Source: an uncultured Pseudomonadota bacterium
GTDB taxonomy: Bacteria > Pseudomonadota > Alphaproteobacteria > JACZXZ01
Length of the DNA stretch: 64,000 nt
Direction: 5' to 3'
Assembly: GCA_963749075.1 (NCBI GenBank)
Contig: CAVVLJ010000017.1
Location: 32,001-96,000 of the forward strand
The position numbers and the translations under genes were made by a program. The notes beneath the pieces are model-generated. The model was not told the DNA's origin. It searched no databases and worked only from the letters and a program-made list of their open reading frames with translations. How positions within the stretch are numbered: the stretch's first letter is position 1; each line of letters begins with the position of its first letter. Shown one piece after another: positions 17,755-27,895 of this stretch.

Positions 17755-18882
17755 ATGCTGGAGGTGCGCGCCAAGCGCCGCTTCGAGAGCTTCGCGCTCG
17801 ACGTGGAGTTCAGCGCAGCGTCGGGCGGCGTCACCGCCCTCTTCGGCCGCTCGGGTGCCGGCAAGACGCTCGTCGTCAACACCCTCGCCGGCTTGGTGCG
17901 CCCGAGCGAGGGGCGCATCGCCATCGACGGCACGGCGCTCTTCGATTCGGCGCTCGGCATCGATCTGGCGCCCGAGAAGCGGCGCCTCGGCTACGTCTTC
18001 CAGGAAGGGCGGCTCTTCCCCCACATGAGCGTTAGGAGCAATCTCGCCTACGGCATGAAGGGCCGCGGCGCCGCTGCACGCGAGGAGCTCGCGCGCATCG
18101 CCGACCTCCTCGGCCTCGAGGCGCTCCTCGAGCGGCGCCCGCGCGACCTCTCGGGCGGCGAGAAGCAGCGCGTGGCGATCGGCCGCGCCCTCCTCGCCTC
18201 GCCGCGGCTCCTCCTCATGGACGAGCCGCTCGCCGCACTCGACGCCGCGCGCAAGGCCGAGATCCTGCCTTACATCGAGCGCCTCAGGGACGAGCTCGGC
18301 ATGCCGATCGTCTATGTGAGCCACGCCATGGAGGAGATCGTGCGGCTCGCCGACACGGTCGTGCTGATCTCCCAAGGGCGCGTCGCCGCGGCCGGGCCGA
18401 TCGAGGAGGTCATGAGCCGGCTCGACCTGCGCCCGATGACCGGACGCTACGATGCGGGCGCCGTCATCGCCTGCACGGTCGAGAGCCACGACGAGCGCGA
18501 CGCCTTGACCGCCTTGCGCTTTGCCGGCGGCCGCCTTCTCGTGCCGCGCATCGAGCTCGCGCCCGGCAGCCGGCTCCGGGTGCGCGTGCGCGCGCGCGAC
18601 GTTTCGGTGGCCCTCGAGCCGCCGGCTCGGATCAGCGTGCTCAACGTCTTCCGCGGCCGCGTCGTCGAGGTGGGCGAAGACGGCGGCACGCAGATCGACC
18701 TCCTCCTCGACATCGGAGCACCGCTCTGGGCGCGCGTGACGCGGCGCTCCTTCCGCGAGCTCGGCCTCAAGCCGGGAAAGCCCGTCCACGCGCTCGTCAA
18801 GGCGGTGGCCATCGACCGCCACAGCCTCGGCCGCGCCGGCCTCCCCCGCTTCCTCGGCGAGGACGAGGAGGCGGCCGGCTAA
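17755..18882 (+). CDS. modC: Molybdate ABC transporter ATPase
   Basis: GRSGAGKT, LSGGEKQRVAIGRALL, MDEP, C-terminal Mop/TOBE region (ISVLN...VHALVKAV). Confidence 0.93.
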   Translation: MLEVRAKRRFESFALDVEFSAASGGVTALFGRSGAGKTLVVNTLAGLVRPSEGRIAIDGTALFDSALGIDLAPEKRRLGYVFQEGRLFPHMSVRSNLAYGMKGRGAAAREELARIADLLGLEALLERRPRDLSGGEKQRVAIGRALLASPRLLLMDEPLAALDAARKAEILPYIERLRDELGMPIVYVSHAMEEIVRLADTVVLISQGRVAAAGPIEEVMSRLDLRPMTGRYDAGAVIACTVESHDERDALTALRFAGGRLLVPRIELAPGSRLRVRVRARDVSVALEPPARISVLNVFRGRVVEVGEDGGTQIDLLLDIGAPLWARVTRRSFRELGLKPGKPVHALVKAVAIDRHSLGRAGLPRFLGEDEEAAG

Positions 18883-18998
18883 GGGCCGTGGCGCACCGGC
18901 TGCCGCTCGCATCCCTTGTGGCGCATCGGCGGAGGCGGTAGTTTCGCCGCGATAATCTCTCTCAGAGCGCGCCCTCGCGCAAGCTAAGGAGGCCCGTC

Positions 18999-19646
18999 AT
19001 GCCGGCAGTCGATTGCCATCCCAGCGCCCCGCACAAGAAGCTCCGCGTGCCGGACTGGTACGTCTCCAGCCTCATGCTCGACCGCGCGCTCGACGCCATC
19101 CTGCGCCGCGTCAAGAAGCTCGACCGCAATCACGACATTCCCTATCTCGCCGGCTACAGCGTCGACGGCAAGACGATCTTCATCGACCGCCACCTGCCGA
19201 AGACTTTCCGCTATCGCGGCCGCAACATAGGCGTCGACCGCTACCTCATCCTGCACGAGGAGGTCGAGAAGACCCTCATCGACCAGCTCGGCCTGCACTA
19301 CCTCCACGCCCATCAGATCGCGACGCGGGCCGAGCAGGGGGCGGTACGCGCCGACCGCATCGAGTGGCGCGACTACGACCGCTTCATGCAGAAGTACGTC
19401 AAGCGCATCGGCGACGAGCGCCTGACCAAGGTGCCCGCGGACCTCGATCTCAAGCCCTACCGGGACGAGCATGACGTGGACCTCATCAGGCGCATGCTGG
19501 AGGCGATCGACCGGCGCGACCTGCCGCGGGCGCTCGCCGACAAGAGGCTCAAGCCCGTGCTCGAGGATTCGATGGCCGCGATCGCCGCCAAGCTCAGGGA
19601 GCGCAAGGCCAAGAGCCCGCGGCGGCGCGCGGCCAAGGCGGCCTAA
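18999..19646 (+). CDS. Hypothetical protein with HEEVE / HYLHAH motifs
   Basis: AGGAGG SD, host-like codon usage, 215 aa; no family recognised. Confidence 0.7.
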   Translation: MPAVDCHPSAPHKKLRVPDWYVSSLMLDRALDAILRRVKKLDRNHDIPYLAGYSVDGKTIFIDRHLPKTFRYRGRNIGVDRYLILHEEVEKTLIDQLGLHYLHAHQIATRAEQGAVRADRIEWRDYDRFMQKYVKRIGDERLTKVPADLDLKPYRDEHDVDLIRRMLEAIDRRDLPRALADKRLKPVLEDSMAAIAAKLRERKAKSPRRRAAKAA

Positions 19647-20632
19647 TCCAGCGCCTCCTTGTTGATCACGTTGTCGCGGATGGGCTTGCCGTCGAGCGCG
19701 CTCAACAAGTTGCGCGCCGCGGCGGCGGCCATGCGGGCGACCGATTCGCGCGTGACGCCCGCCATGTGCGGTGACGTGATGACGTTCGGCAGCCGCAGCA
19801 GCGGATGGTCGGCCGGCGTGGGCTCTTGGGCGAAGACGTCGAGCCCGGCGCCGGCGAGGCGCCCTTCGCTGAGTGCTGCGTGGAGGGCCGCCTCGTCGAT
19901 GAGCCCGCCGCGCGCGGTATTGACGAGATAGGCCGTGCGCTTCATGCGCGCGAGGCGCGCCGCGTCGAACATGCCCGCGGTCTCGGGCGTCTTCGGGCAA
20001 TGGATGGTCACGAAGTCGGCGCGGCTCACTGCGGCGTCGAGATCCTCGACCGGCACGCAGCCGGCCGCCCGGATGCTCTCCGCCGGCACATAGGGGTCGT
20101 AGACCTCGACCGTCATCTCCATGGCGAGGCAGCGCTTGGCGGTGCGCGTGCCGATGCGGCCGAAGCCCACGATGAGGAGCGTCTTGCCGAGGAGATCGAC
20201 GGGGAGCTCGACGCGCCGCTCGGGCCAGCGGCCCTCCTGCATGAGGGCGTGCAACGCCGCACCGCGCTTGGCCAGGGTCATCATGAAGAAGATCGCCTGC
20301 TCGGCGACCGAGGGCGAATTCGCGGTGCCGACCACCATGAGCGGTACGCGCGCGCGCGTGAGTGCCGGCACGTCGATCGCGTCGTAGCCGACGCCGAGGC
20401 GCGCCACCACCTCGAGGCCGCGAGCCGCGGCGAGCTCGGCCTCGCCGAAGCGCGTCTGACCCAGGGCCACGCCGTTGACCTCGCCGTTCGTCTCGAGGAG
20501 CGTCACGAATTCGCGTTGCGGCATCATGTTGGGGAAGGGCACGGCATCCACGTCGCCGCGCGCGCGCAGGATCTCCCATCCCTCCTCTCCCAACGCGTCG
20601 GTGATCAAGAGCTTCTTCTTGTTCGTCGCCAT
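19643..20632 (-). CDS. D-2-hydroxyacid / phosphoglycerate dehydrogenase family protein
   Basis: GVGYD, SVAEQA, GFGRIG, HCP, NTARGG, DVFAQEP, SPHMAG. Confidence 0.9.
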   Translation of the reverse strand: MATNKKKLLITDALGEEGWEILRARGDVDAVPFPNMMPQREFVTLLETNGEVNGVALGQTRFGEAELAAARGLEVVARLGVGYDAIDVPALTRARVPLMVVGTANSPSVAEQAIFFMMTLAKRGAALHALMQEGRWPERRVELPVDLLGKTLLIVGFGRIGTRTAKRCLAMEMTVEVYDPYVPAESIRAAGCVPVEDLDAAVSRADFVTIHCPKTPETAGMFDAARLARMKRTAYLVNTARGGLIDEAALHAALSEGRLAGAGLDVFAQEPTPADHPLLRLPNVITSPHMAGVTRESVARMAAAAARNLLSALDGKPIRDNVINKEALD

Positions 20633-20722
20633 GCGCGTCGCCTCCTGCTATATAGGCGGGAGCTAATCCCCGACCGTGCCCCGGCCGGCGGGAGAGTGTC
20701 GCATAACGGGAGGACCTGCGCG

Positions 20723-21520
20723 ATGCTGCTGACGCTGGGCGGACGCCGCCTCTATTACGATCTCATGGGCGCCGAGACGGGGGCGCTCGTCTGCTTCACC
20801 CATTCGCTCGCCTCCGACGGCGGCATGTGGGCGGAGCAGATGCCGCCGCTCCTCGCCGCCGGCTATCGCGTGCTGCGCCTGGACATGCGCGGGCACGGCG
20901 GGAGCGACGCGCTCGCGGGCGGCTACACCATGGCGGCCCTCGCCGGCGACGTGGCGGCGGCACTCGATGCGCTCGGCCTCCCTCCGGTGCATTTCATCGG
21001 CCTCTCGATCGGCGGCATGATCGGCCAGGGCTTCGCCTTGGCGCACGGTGCCAAGCTCAAGTCGCTCATGCTGTGCGACACGCTGCCGGCGACGCCGCCG
21101 GGCGCCAAGGAAATCTGGGCGCCGCGCGAGAGCGCCGTCAAAGCGGCGAACTCGCTCGTCCCCCTCGCCGACGGCACCACGGAGCGCTGGCTCACCGATG
21201 CCTTCAAGGCGCGCAATCCGGCGCGCTGGAAGCAGATCCGCGAGACCGTCGCCGCCACCACGCCGGCCGGCTTCCTCGGCTGCGCCGCGGCGATCCAGAA
21301 ATTCGACTTCACGGGCAAGCTGCCGTCCCTCCGGCTGCCCACGCTCGTCGTCTGCGGCGCCGACGACCAGGGCACGCCGGCCGCCGAGAACAAGCGCATC
21401 GCGGCGCTCGTGCCGGGGGCGCGCTACGAGGAGATCGCCAAGGCGCGGCACTTCCCCAACGTCGAGCTGCCGGACACCTTCAACCGCCTCATGATGGGCT
21501 GGCTCGCGGCGCAGCGCTGA
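20723..21520 (+). CDS. Alpha/beta hydrolase, 3-oxoadipate enol-lactonase-like
   Basis: HSLASD, DMRGHGGS, GLSIGGMIG, ERWLT, RHFPNVE. Confidence 0.8.
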   Translation: MLLTLGGRRLYYDLMGAETGALVCFTHSLASDGGMWAEQMPPLLAAGYRVLRLDMRGHGGSDALAGGYTMAALAGDVAAALDALGLPPVHFIGLSIGGMIGQGFALAHGAKLKSLMLCDTLPATPPGAKEIWAPRESAVKAANSLVPLADGTTERWLTDAFKARNPARWKQIRETVAATTPAGFLGCAAAIQKFDFTGKLPSLRLPTLVVCGADDQGTPAAENKRIAALVPGARYEEIAKARHFPNVELPDTFNRLMMGWLAAQR

Positions 21521-21536
21521 GCGGCGGCGGAACGCG

Positions 21537-23534
21537 TCACTTGGCGGCGGCCGCCTCGAAGGGCGCCTCGAGCTTGCCGTCGCGCCAGATGCCCGACTTC
21601 ACGAGCTTGCCGCCCGGGTCGAGGAGAATGCCGCGGCCGTTCGCCAGGTTGTCGCGGAACTCGCCCTCGTATTGCTCGCCGTTGGGTGCGGTCGAGACCA
21701 TGTAGCCGCTCATGCGCTCGCGCGACCATTGCCCTTCGTAGTGGTGGCCGTCGGCGGTGGTGTAGACGCCGTAGCCGTCGCGTATCGAGCCGGCATCCTG
21801 GCGGAACTCGCCCTCGTAATGGGCGCCGTCCGACCAGTAATAGATGCGGTAGCAGACGGCACCTTCGTCCGCGCTGAACTGGCCCTCCATGCGGTCGCCG
21901 TTGTTGAAGTAATAGATGCCGTAGCCCGAGTATCTCATGTTGGCGTCGATGCCGCCCTCGTAGCGCTGCCCGGGGGAATTGGCGGGAGCGCCGGCGAAGA
22001 GCCCGGCCCCGCCCCCGTTGCGCGCCCGCGCCGCCGCATCCCGCGCGCGCGGTTGCGCATCGTAGGCTTTCGCCTGCGCCTGCCGCGCGCGCGCGGCGGC
22101 GGCCGTGGCGCGGCGGCGGACATCCTCGATCCTGGCCTGGATCGCCGCAGCGTCGGCGGCAGCCCCCGTCTCGGGCGCTGCCGGGGGCTGCTTCTCGGGC
22201 GCCGCGGCGGCCTGGGGCGCCGGCTGGGCGACGGGCTCGACTGCCGCCGCCGCCGCGGGCGCCGGGGCAGGCTCGGCCGGTGGTGCTGCTTCGCGAGGGG
22301 ACGGCTTCTCGAGCGCCGCCAGGTCGCGCGCGGCCTGCAGCGCCTTGTCGGCGACAGCACTCTTGTCATCGAGGGCGAGCGATTTCTTGTAGCGCAGAAG
22401 GGCGGCGTCCCGCTCGCCCGACCGGCGATAGGCCTCGCCGAGGAGATATTCCGCCGCGGCATCGTCCTTGAGCGCCACGGACGCCCGCAGCTCCTTGACC
22501 GCCGTCTCGAGGCGGCCCGCCTTGAGCGCCTCGGCGCCGGCGAAGGCACGGGCCGCGGCCTCATGGGCGCGCGCCTCGGCCGCCTTCTTGAGGGCTGCCA
22601 TGATTGCCGGCGTGAGCTTGCCGTCGACCGTGAGATGCTCCTTCTTCTCGAAGGCGCTCAGCGCCGCGCTCAATTTGGCGCTCGGCTTGGCGGCGGGCGG
22701 CCCGGGATCGTAGCCGAGGAGCTTTAGGAGACGTGCCGCCTCGGCCGTCTCCCCGGCGGCCTTGGCCGCCAGGTCGGAGGCCGCGGCGGCACCCCCGCTC
22801 CGCGCCCGCGCCGCCATGGCACTCGCCGGATCGCGCGCCAGCGACTCGTCGTAGGCCTTGAGCGCGAGCTCGCTCTCGTGCTCGAGGCGATAGGCCTCGC
22901 CGAGGAAGAAATCGGCCTCGGCGTCCGGGCTGATCGCGAGGCCGGCCGTGAGCTCCTCGACAGCCGCGGCCGCCCTGCCGTCCTTGAGCGCCGCCAGTCC
23001 CGCCTTGAAGTGCACGACGGCATCCTCGCTCGGCGGCGGCGGCGCTGCACCAGCCGCGGCCTCGCTCCGCGGCGCCGTCGCAGGCTTCCACGCCGCGGCG
23101 AGGCGCTGGGCCTCGGCGAGCTGCTCCTTCGACATCTTCGCGGCGAGCGCGTCCCGCGCCTCGGCGGCACCCGGCGCTCCCGCCGCCGCGGCGAGGTTGT
23201 ACCAGCGGTGGGCCTCGACGTAATCCTGCGCCACGCCGAGGCCGTCCTCGTAGAGTGCGGCCACGCGCATCTCCGCTTCGGCATCGCCGCGGTTCGCGAC
23301 CTCGAGCCAGTCCGCGAGGGCCGAGCCGTAGTCCTTCGCCTCATAGGCGGCGACGCCCGCCTCGTAGCCCGCCTCGTCGAGCCAGTCCTTGTAGGCCGCC
23401 TTGTGCACCAGTGCGGCATGTGCCGCGGCCTCGGAGTCGTCCTGGGTGCAACCCGTAGCGAGCGCCAGGAGGCACCCTGCTGCGAGTGCCAGACGAATGA
23501 GCCGGCTTCCTCGATCGGCGCGGCAAGACGTCAT
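21537..23534 (-). CDS. Lipoprotein with Sel1, TPR, peptidoglycan-binding and MORN-repeat domains
   Basis: Lipobox LATGC; GLGVAQDYVEAHRWYNLAA (Sel1); FLGEAYR (TPR, twice); LKLLGYDPG..FEKKEHLTVDGK (PG_binding_1); YEGEF/YEGQW/GYGVY (MORN). Confidence 0.75.
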   Translation of the reverse strand: MTSCRADRGSRLIRLALAAGCLLALATGCTQDDSEAAAHAALVHKAAYKDWLDEAGYEAGVAAYEAKDYGSALADWLEVANRGDAEAEMRVAALYEDGLGVAQDYVEAHRWYNLAAAAGAPGAAEARDALAAKMSKEQLAEAQRLAAAWKPATAPRSEAAAGAAPPPPSEDAVVHFKAGLAALKDGRAAAAVEELTAGLAISPDAEADFFLGEAYRLEHESELALKAYDESLARDPASAMAARARSGGAAAASDLAAKAAGETAEAARLLKLLGYDPGPPAAKPSAKLSAALSAFEKKEHLTVDGKLTPAIMAALKKAAEARAHEAAARAFAGAEALKAGRLETAVKELRASVALKDDAAAEYLLGEAYRRSGERDAALLRYKKSLALDDKSAVADKALQAARDLAALEKPSPREAAPPAEPAPAPAAAAAVEPVAQPAPQAAAAPEKQPPAAPETGAAADAAAIQARIEDVRRRATAAAARARQAQAKAYDAQPRARDAAARARNGGGAGLFAGAPANSPGQRYEGGIDANMRYSGYGIYYFNNGDRMEGQFSADEGAVCYRIYYWSDGAHYEGEFRQDAGSIRDGYGVYTTADGHHYEGQWSRERMSGYMVSTAPNGEQYEGEFRDNLANGRGILLDPGGKLVKSGIWRDGKLEAPFEAAAAK

Positions 23535-23695
23535 TGGCGGAGGCGAGAAGAGGAGATGGCCGCGGTTTCGCGCATGAGCCCCCTTCGAGTTGCGCGAAGC
23601 TTAACAGGAACGCGGCGGCGATTGAAGCGCCCGGCCGCGCGGCGGCCGCGACAAAATCGAGCCCCGGCCAAGGGCACGTGCGGGCTCGAGCCGGC

Positions 23696-25432
23696 TCAGC
23701 CTCTTCCGGCCAGCCTCCGCATGTAATCGAGGAGATCGCTCGTGGCCAGGCCGTCGACCGGACGGCCGGTCTCGCGCTGGAAGAGCCGGATGGCCGCGAC
23801 GGTCTTCGGCTCGAGCTGGCCGCTGGCCGGCCCGGGAAGGTAGCCGAGGGACGCCAGCAACCGCTGAATCTCGGCGATGCGCGCGGACATGCTGAGAGAG
23901 CTCGCCGGCGGCAGGGCGGCTTGCGGCGCCGGCGCATTTTCGGCCGCCTTGGCCGGAGTCTGCGGCTCCGCGGGGGTTGCGGCGGGCACCGCCGCGGCCG
24001 GCTGGGCTGGCGGTGCGGCGGCCGGCGCCGCGGCGCCTGCCGGTGCCGTGCTTGCCGGCCCGGGCTGAGCGGGAGGTGCCGCGGCCGGCGGCGCGGGCTC
24101 TACTGGCGCCGCGGTGGCAGGTGCGGCGGCGCTTGCGGGCGGCGTGCTTGCCGCTACAGGCGGAGCGGGAGGTGCGGCGGCCGGCGGCGTTGGCGCGCTC
24201 CCGGCCTGGGGTGCTGCGGGTGCGGCAGCACTCGCCGCCGCAGATGCAGCGCTGCCGCCTTGCGCAACGAGCGGCGGTGCAGGTGCCGGGTTGGTGCCTT
24301 GGGGCTCGAGCGCGGGCTTGAGCGGGATGGAGGCGGCCGCCTCCTCGTAGGCGCGATTGCCTCGGGCGATCTCCTCCGCCGTCAGCCGGGCGCTCAAGGA
24401 GCCGAGATAGCTCCCCGCATCGGGGGCGCCGCCGCGCACGGCGATCTTGTACCATTTGTAGGCCTCGACCGTATCCTGCGGGCCGCCGCGCCCGCTCTCG
24501 CAGAGCACGCCGAGATTGACCGCCGCCACGGCGAGACCGTGCTCGGCCGCCTTGGTGAACCAGTCGCGTGCCGAGGCGTCGTTCTGTGCCACGCCCCTGC
24601 CCTCCGCATAGCCGTTGCCGACGTTGTACTCGGCAGGCGGATAGCCCTGCTTGGCGGCGCTCAGGTACCACAGCATCGCCAGCTCGGCATCCTTGCCCAG
24701 GCCCGAACCCTGCTCGTAGAGAACGCCCAGGCTGTATTGCGCCGCCGCGAGATCCTGAATTGCCGACTCGCGGAACCAACGCGCCGCCAGGGCGTAATCC
24801 CGCGTGACACCGTCGCCGCGCGCGTAACGCGTTCCCAGCTCGTATTGAGCGCGCGAATCGCCCTTGTTCGCCCGCGCCTGGAGGTCCTGGAGGCTGCCGG
24901 GCGGCGGTGCCGGGGCGGCGGAAGCGGCGGCCGGCGTCGTGGCCGGAGCGGCTGCCGGTGGCGCGGCGGGAGCGGCGTTGGCAACGGGAGCGCTCGCCGG
25001 CGGCGCCGCGGCAGCGGCGGCGGGCGACGCGGCGGGAGCGGCTGGTGTCGTTGGAGGCGGCGAGGCGGGAGCGGCTGGCGTCGCCGTTGCAGCCGGCGCT
25101 TGCGCCGCAGCAGCTTCGGGTGCCGCCGGCTTCTCCGCCGCCGTGGGCGCGCTCGCCACCGGCTGCCCGCCCGTTGCGGCTGGCGCGGGCGCCGGTTGCG
25201 CTGCCACCTCCAGCGCCTCGCTCTCGGCGGCGGATTTGTCGATGGCTGCGGCCTCCGTGTCGGGGGCGGCCGCCGCATTGACTGCAGCACCCGTGTCGAC
25301 GCCGAGGGAGGCACAGGAGGCGAGGGCGAGGAGTGCCGCAACCACGCCGGCGGCCGCGAGCCGCTCGGCACTTGGCGCCCGAATGAAACGCGGAGGCCTC
25401 GGCCTCTTCGCAGGCTCGCGGTCTAATGACAT
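23696..25432 (-). CDS. Ala/Pro-rich lipoprotein with Sel1 repeats and a C-terminal peptidoglycan-binding domain
   Basis: Lipobox LALASC; about four AQYxLG..Y..G.GV..D...A..W repeats; IQRLLASLGYLPGPASG...AIRLFQRETGRPVDG. Confidence 0.8.
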   Translation of the reverse strand: MSLDREPAKRPRPPRFIRAPSAERLAAAGVVAALLALASCASLGVDTGAAVNAAAAPDTEAAAIDKSAAESEALEVAAQPAPAPAATGGQPVASAPTAAEKPAAPEAAAAQAPAATATPAAPASPPPTTPAAPAASPAAAAAAPPASAPVANAAPAAPPAAAPATTPAAASAAPAPPPGSLQDLQARANKGDSRAQYELGTRYARGDGVTRDYALAARWFRESAIQDLAAAQYSLGVLYEQGSGLGKDAELAMLWYLSAAKQGYPPAEYNVGNGYAEGRGVAQNDASARDWFTKAAEHGLAVAAVNLGVLCESGRGGPQDTVEAYKWYKIAVRGGAPDAGSYLGSLSARLTAEEIARGNRAYEEAAASIPLKPALEPQGTNPAPAPPLVAQGGSAASAAASAAAPAAPQAGSAPTPPAAAPPAPPVAASTPPASAAAPATAAPVEPAPPAAAPPAQPGPASTAPAGAAAPAAAPPAQPAAAVPAATPAEPQTPAKAAENAPAPQAALPPASSLSMSARIAEIQRLLASLGYLPGPASGQLEPKTVAAIRLFQRETGRPVDGLATSDLLDYMRRLAGRG

Positions 25433-25565
25433 CGCACCACTCTCGCTCTTGCCCTGCGACGTATTACGTCAAAGACGCCCCAGGTCAATATGAGAAGAGC
25501 GAGGAAGGTGCCAATGCCGCGCGCCAGCGCGCAGCCAGGCGCGCCGGCTCACGCCGGCCGCGGCC

Positions 25566-25769
25566 TCAGAGGATGCCGCGCGTATGGAGCACAATGGCCC
25601 AATAGATCGGCCAGGTCACCGCATCCCAGCCGCCGCTGGCCAAGCTCACGAAGCAATTGTTCATGTAGGAGCAATGCGGCAACCTTTCGACAGCCTCCAT
25701 GAGAAAGGTCAACGCCGCCGGAACGCCGTAAAATAGAATCGCCAGGAAGCTTCCGTCGCCCTTGAACAT
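25566..25769 (-). CDS. Small hypothetical membrane protein
   Basis: 67-aa ORF with two hydrophobic segments and a CxxxxxC pair; co-directional with the Sel1 genes. Confidence 0.45.
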   Translation of the reverse strand: MFKGDGSFLAILFYGVPAALTFLMEAVERLPHCSYMNNCFVSLASGGWDAVTWPIYWAIVLHTRGIL

Positions 25770-26074
25770 CCTGCCACCCTAGATGCGCACCTCCGGCCGG
25801 CCGTCAAGCGGCCACGAGTGAGGGGCGAGAGCGGCCATCGCGTCGGCATCGCAGACGGATTGGCGCAGGCCGGCGCCGCAGAGGCGATGGCTCCCGATTG
25901 CCCGGACGAGTCCGCGGCCACCGGGTCGGGTTACAAAAATACTCCGATTTTGTTAAAAGCGAGTAATGGACTTTTACGAAAATGTTGCGACTCGGCGCAG
26001 CTCTCCACGAGCGCGCGTTCCAAATGGGCGCGCCGCGAAGAGCGGCGATGGCCGCGCAGTCGCGGCCGCGAACG

Positions 26075-27637
26075 TCAGCCGAAAGCCGGCGCTCGCGGCT
26101 TCTGCGTGAAATCGAGTCCGTCGAGCAGGTTGTAGGCCTTGGCGTCGCGCTCCTGGAGGGGCTCTAGGCCGAAGCGTGCCTCGACGAGGGCGAGCAGCGA
26201 GACGCTGTCGGCGACGCGGTGATCGACATAGCCGCGCCGCGACCACGGGCTCACCAGCAGCGCCGGAATGCGCGTGCCGCAGCCATAGGCGTCGGGACGG
26301 GGCGGCGCCACATGATCCCAGAGCCCGCCGCCCTCGTCGTAGGTGATGACGACCGCGGTCTTCTCCCAGAGAGAGCTCTCGCCGAGCGCTCTCAAGAGGC
26401 CCATCACCCATTGCTCGCCCCAGCGCGGCGCCGAGTTCGCGGGATGCTCGTCATGGGCGGCGGTCGCCTTGAGGAAGGCGAGCTGCGGCAGGCGGCCCGC
26501 CTTCACGTCCTCGAGAAAGTCGTCGCTGTCCCGCATGCGCCCGGCTTTCACGTTGGCGAACCAGCTGGGGTAATATTGGAAGGGATTGTGATGGGGGACA
26601 TAGGTGTTGTAGGTGTCGATGACGACCGAGCCGTCGCCCGCGCCGAAGGCGGTCTTGAGCGCCCAGGGCTTCACCGCGTTCCAGCCCTCGTTGTACCACG
26701 CCCAGGAGATGCCCGCGGCGCTCAGCCGGTCGCCGATGTTGGGATAGGTCTGCTCGTCCGGCGGCGGCGCCAGCTTGAGCGCCTCCGGAAGCGCCTCCGT
26801 CGGACCGTAGAGCGGCGGCACATCGTTGATCAGGATGCCTGCGCTGTCATAGGGCATGTCGAAGAGCGGCGGCGTGAGGTTGCCCCTCTTCTCCGGCGGC
26901 GCCTTCAGCCATTCCGCGGAGCGGGCTGCTACGAGATAGAGCACATTGCCGGTCGAGCCGCCCGACATGGCCTGGAAGAAGTGGTCGAAAAGGACGTACT
27001 CGTCGGCGAGGCGGTGGTAGTCGGGGATGTCCTCGCGCTCGTAGAAGCCGAGGACGGCGCCGGAGGGTGCCGATTGCGCCAGCATCATCGCGAGGGGATC
27101 CGCGGCGGCGGCCTTGTCGAAGGGCTTGTGCGACTTGCCGAGCGCCAGCGCCACGAAGCGATCCATGGCGCCGCCGTCGATCTGCGCGAACATGCGGAAG
27201 AAGTGATGCATCGGGTCCCAGGGCACGTTGTGGTCGGCCGGGACGTAGGGGGCGAGACGGAACGGCCGGTTCTCGAGAAGCGCATTCTGGAAGCCGGGGA
27301 TATCGTCGGGAACCGGGAGGATGGAATAGGGCACGCCGGCCTCGTTCTTCTGCAATCCGGCAAAACGCGCATCGATCTTCCCGTCCTTGTCCAGGAGGGT
27401 CTCCACCGCAGCGCCGCCGGGATGCCGATAGCTGCCGAAGTAATGATCGAAGCTCCGGTTCTCCTGATAGATGACCACGATGTGCTCGATCTTCTCGCGC
27501 AATCCCTGGAGGTCCGCCGCCGCCGGTGCTGCCGCGCGCGCGAATGGCGCGAGGCGCAAGCCGGCAAGCGCAGCCCCGCCGGCAAAGGCTACGCGCTTGA
27601 GGAAGGCACGGCGGCTTGGGCGAATGAAGCTCATCAT
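26075..27637 (-). CDS. Tat-exported phosphoesterase (acid phosphatase / phospholipase C family)
   Basis: SRRAFLK Tat motif, EHIVVIYQENRSFDHYFG, FDHFFQ, HHNPFQYY, ITYDEGGGLWDHVAPP, GTRIP. Confidence 0.9.
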   Translation of the reverse strand: MMSFIRPSRRAFLKRVAFAGGAALAGLRLAPFARAAAPAAADLQGLREKIEHIVVIYQENRSFDHYFGSYRHPGGAAVETLLDKDGKIDARFAGLQKNEAGVPYSILPVPDDIPGFQNALLENRPFRLAPYVPADHNVPWDPMHHFFRMFAQIDGGAMDRFVALALGKSHKPFDKAAAADPLAMMLAQSAPSGAVLGFYEREDIPDYHRLADEYVLFDHFFQAMSGGSTGNVLYLVAARSAEWLKAPPEKRGNLTPPLFDMPYDSAGILINDVPPLYGPTEALPEALKLAPPPDEQTYPNIGDRLSAAGISWAWYNEGWNAVKPWALKTAFGAGDGSVVIDTYNTYVPHHNPFQYYPSWFANVKAGRMRDSDDFLEDVKAGRLPQLAFLKATAAHDEHPANSAPRWGEQWVMGLLRALGESSLWEKTAVVITYDEGGGLWDHVAPPRPDAYGCGTRIPALLVSPWSRRGYVDHRVADSVSLLALVEARFGLEPLQERDAKAYNLLDGLDFTQKPRAPAFG

Positions 27638-27895
27638 GGCCTCCTGACCTTGCGTTCGAACGTCGTTCATCCCATCCTTGCGGACGGGACTTGGCGCGCG
27701 CCGGCCTCCTGGCCGCGACGCGGCGCGGCGGCAGCCGAGCGCGCGCAGCACTTTGCCAATACCACGCTTCCATGACGGTTCTGGGAATGGACCGGCCGGC
27801 GTCAGGTCCGGCATCAGGTAAGGAAAATCCGCCTCATGGCCGACGAGCTGGAAATCCCTAATCCCGCTCCGGAGGAAACCGGCGGCCGAGCCGCA

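Noticed and set aside
25928-25990. AT-rich patch as a CtrA site or sRNA
   Set aside because: No exact TTAA-N7-TTAA and no convincing structure; probably just a promoter region.
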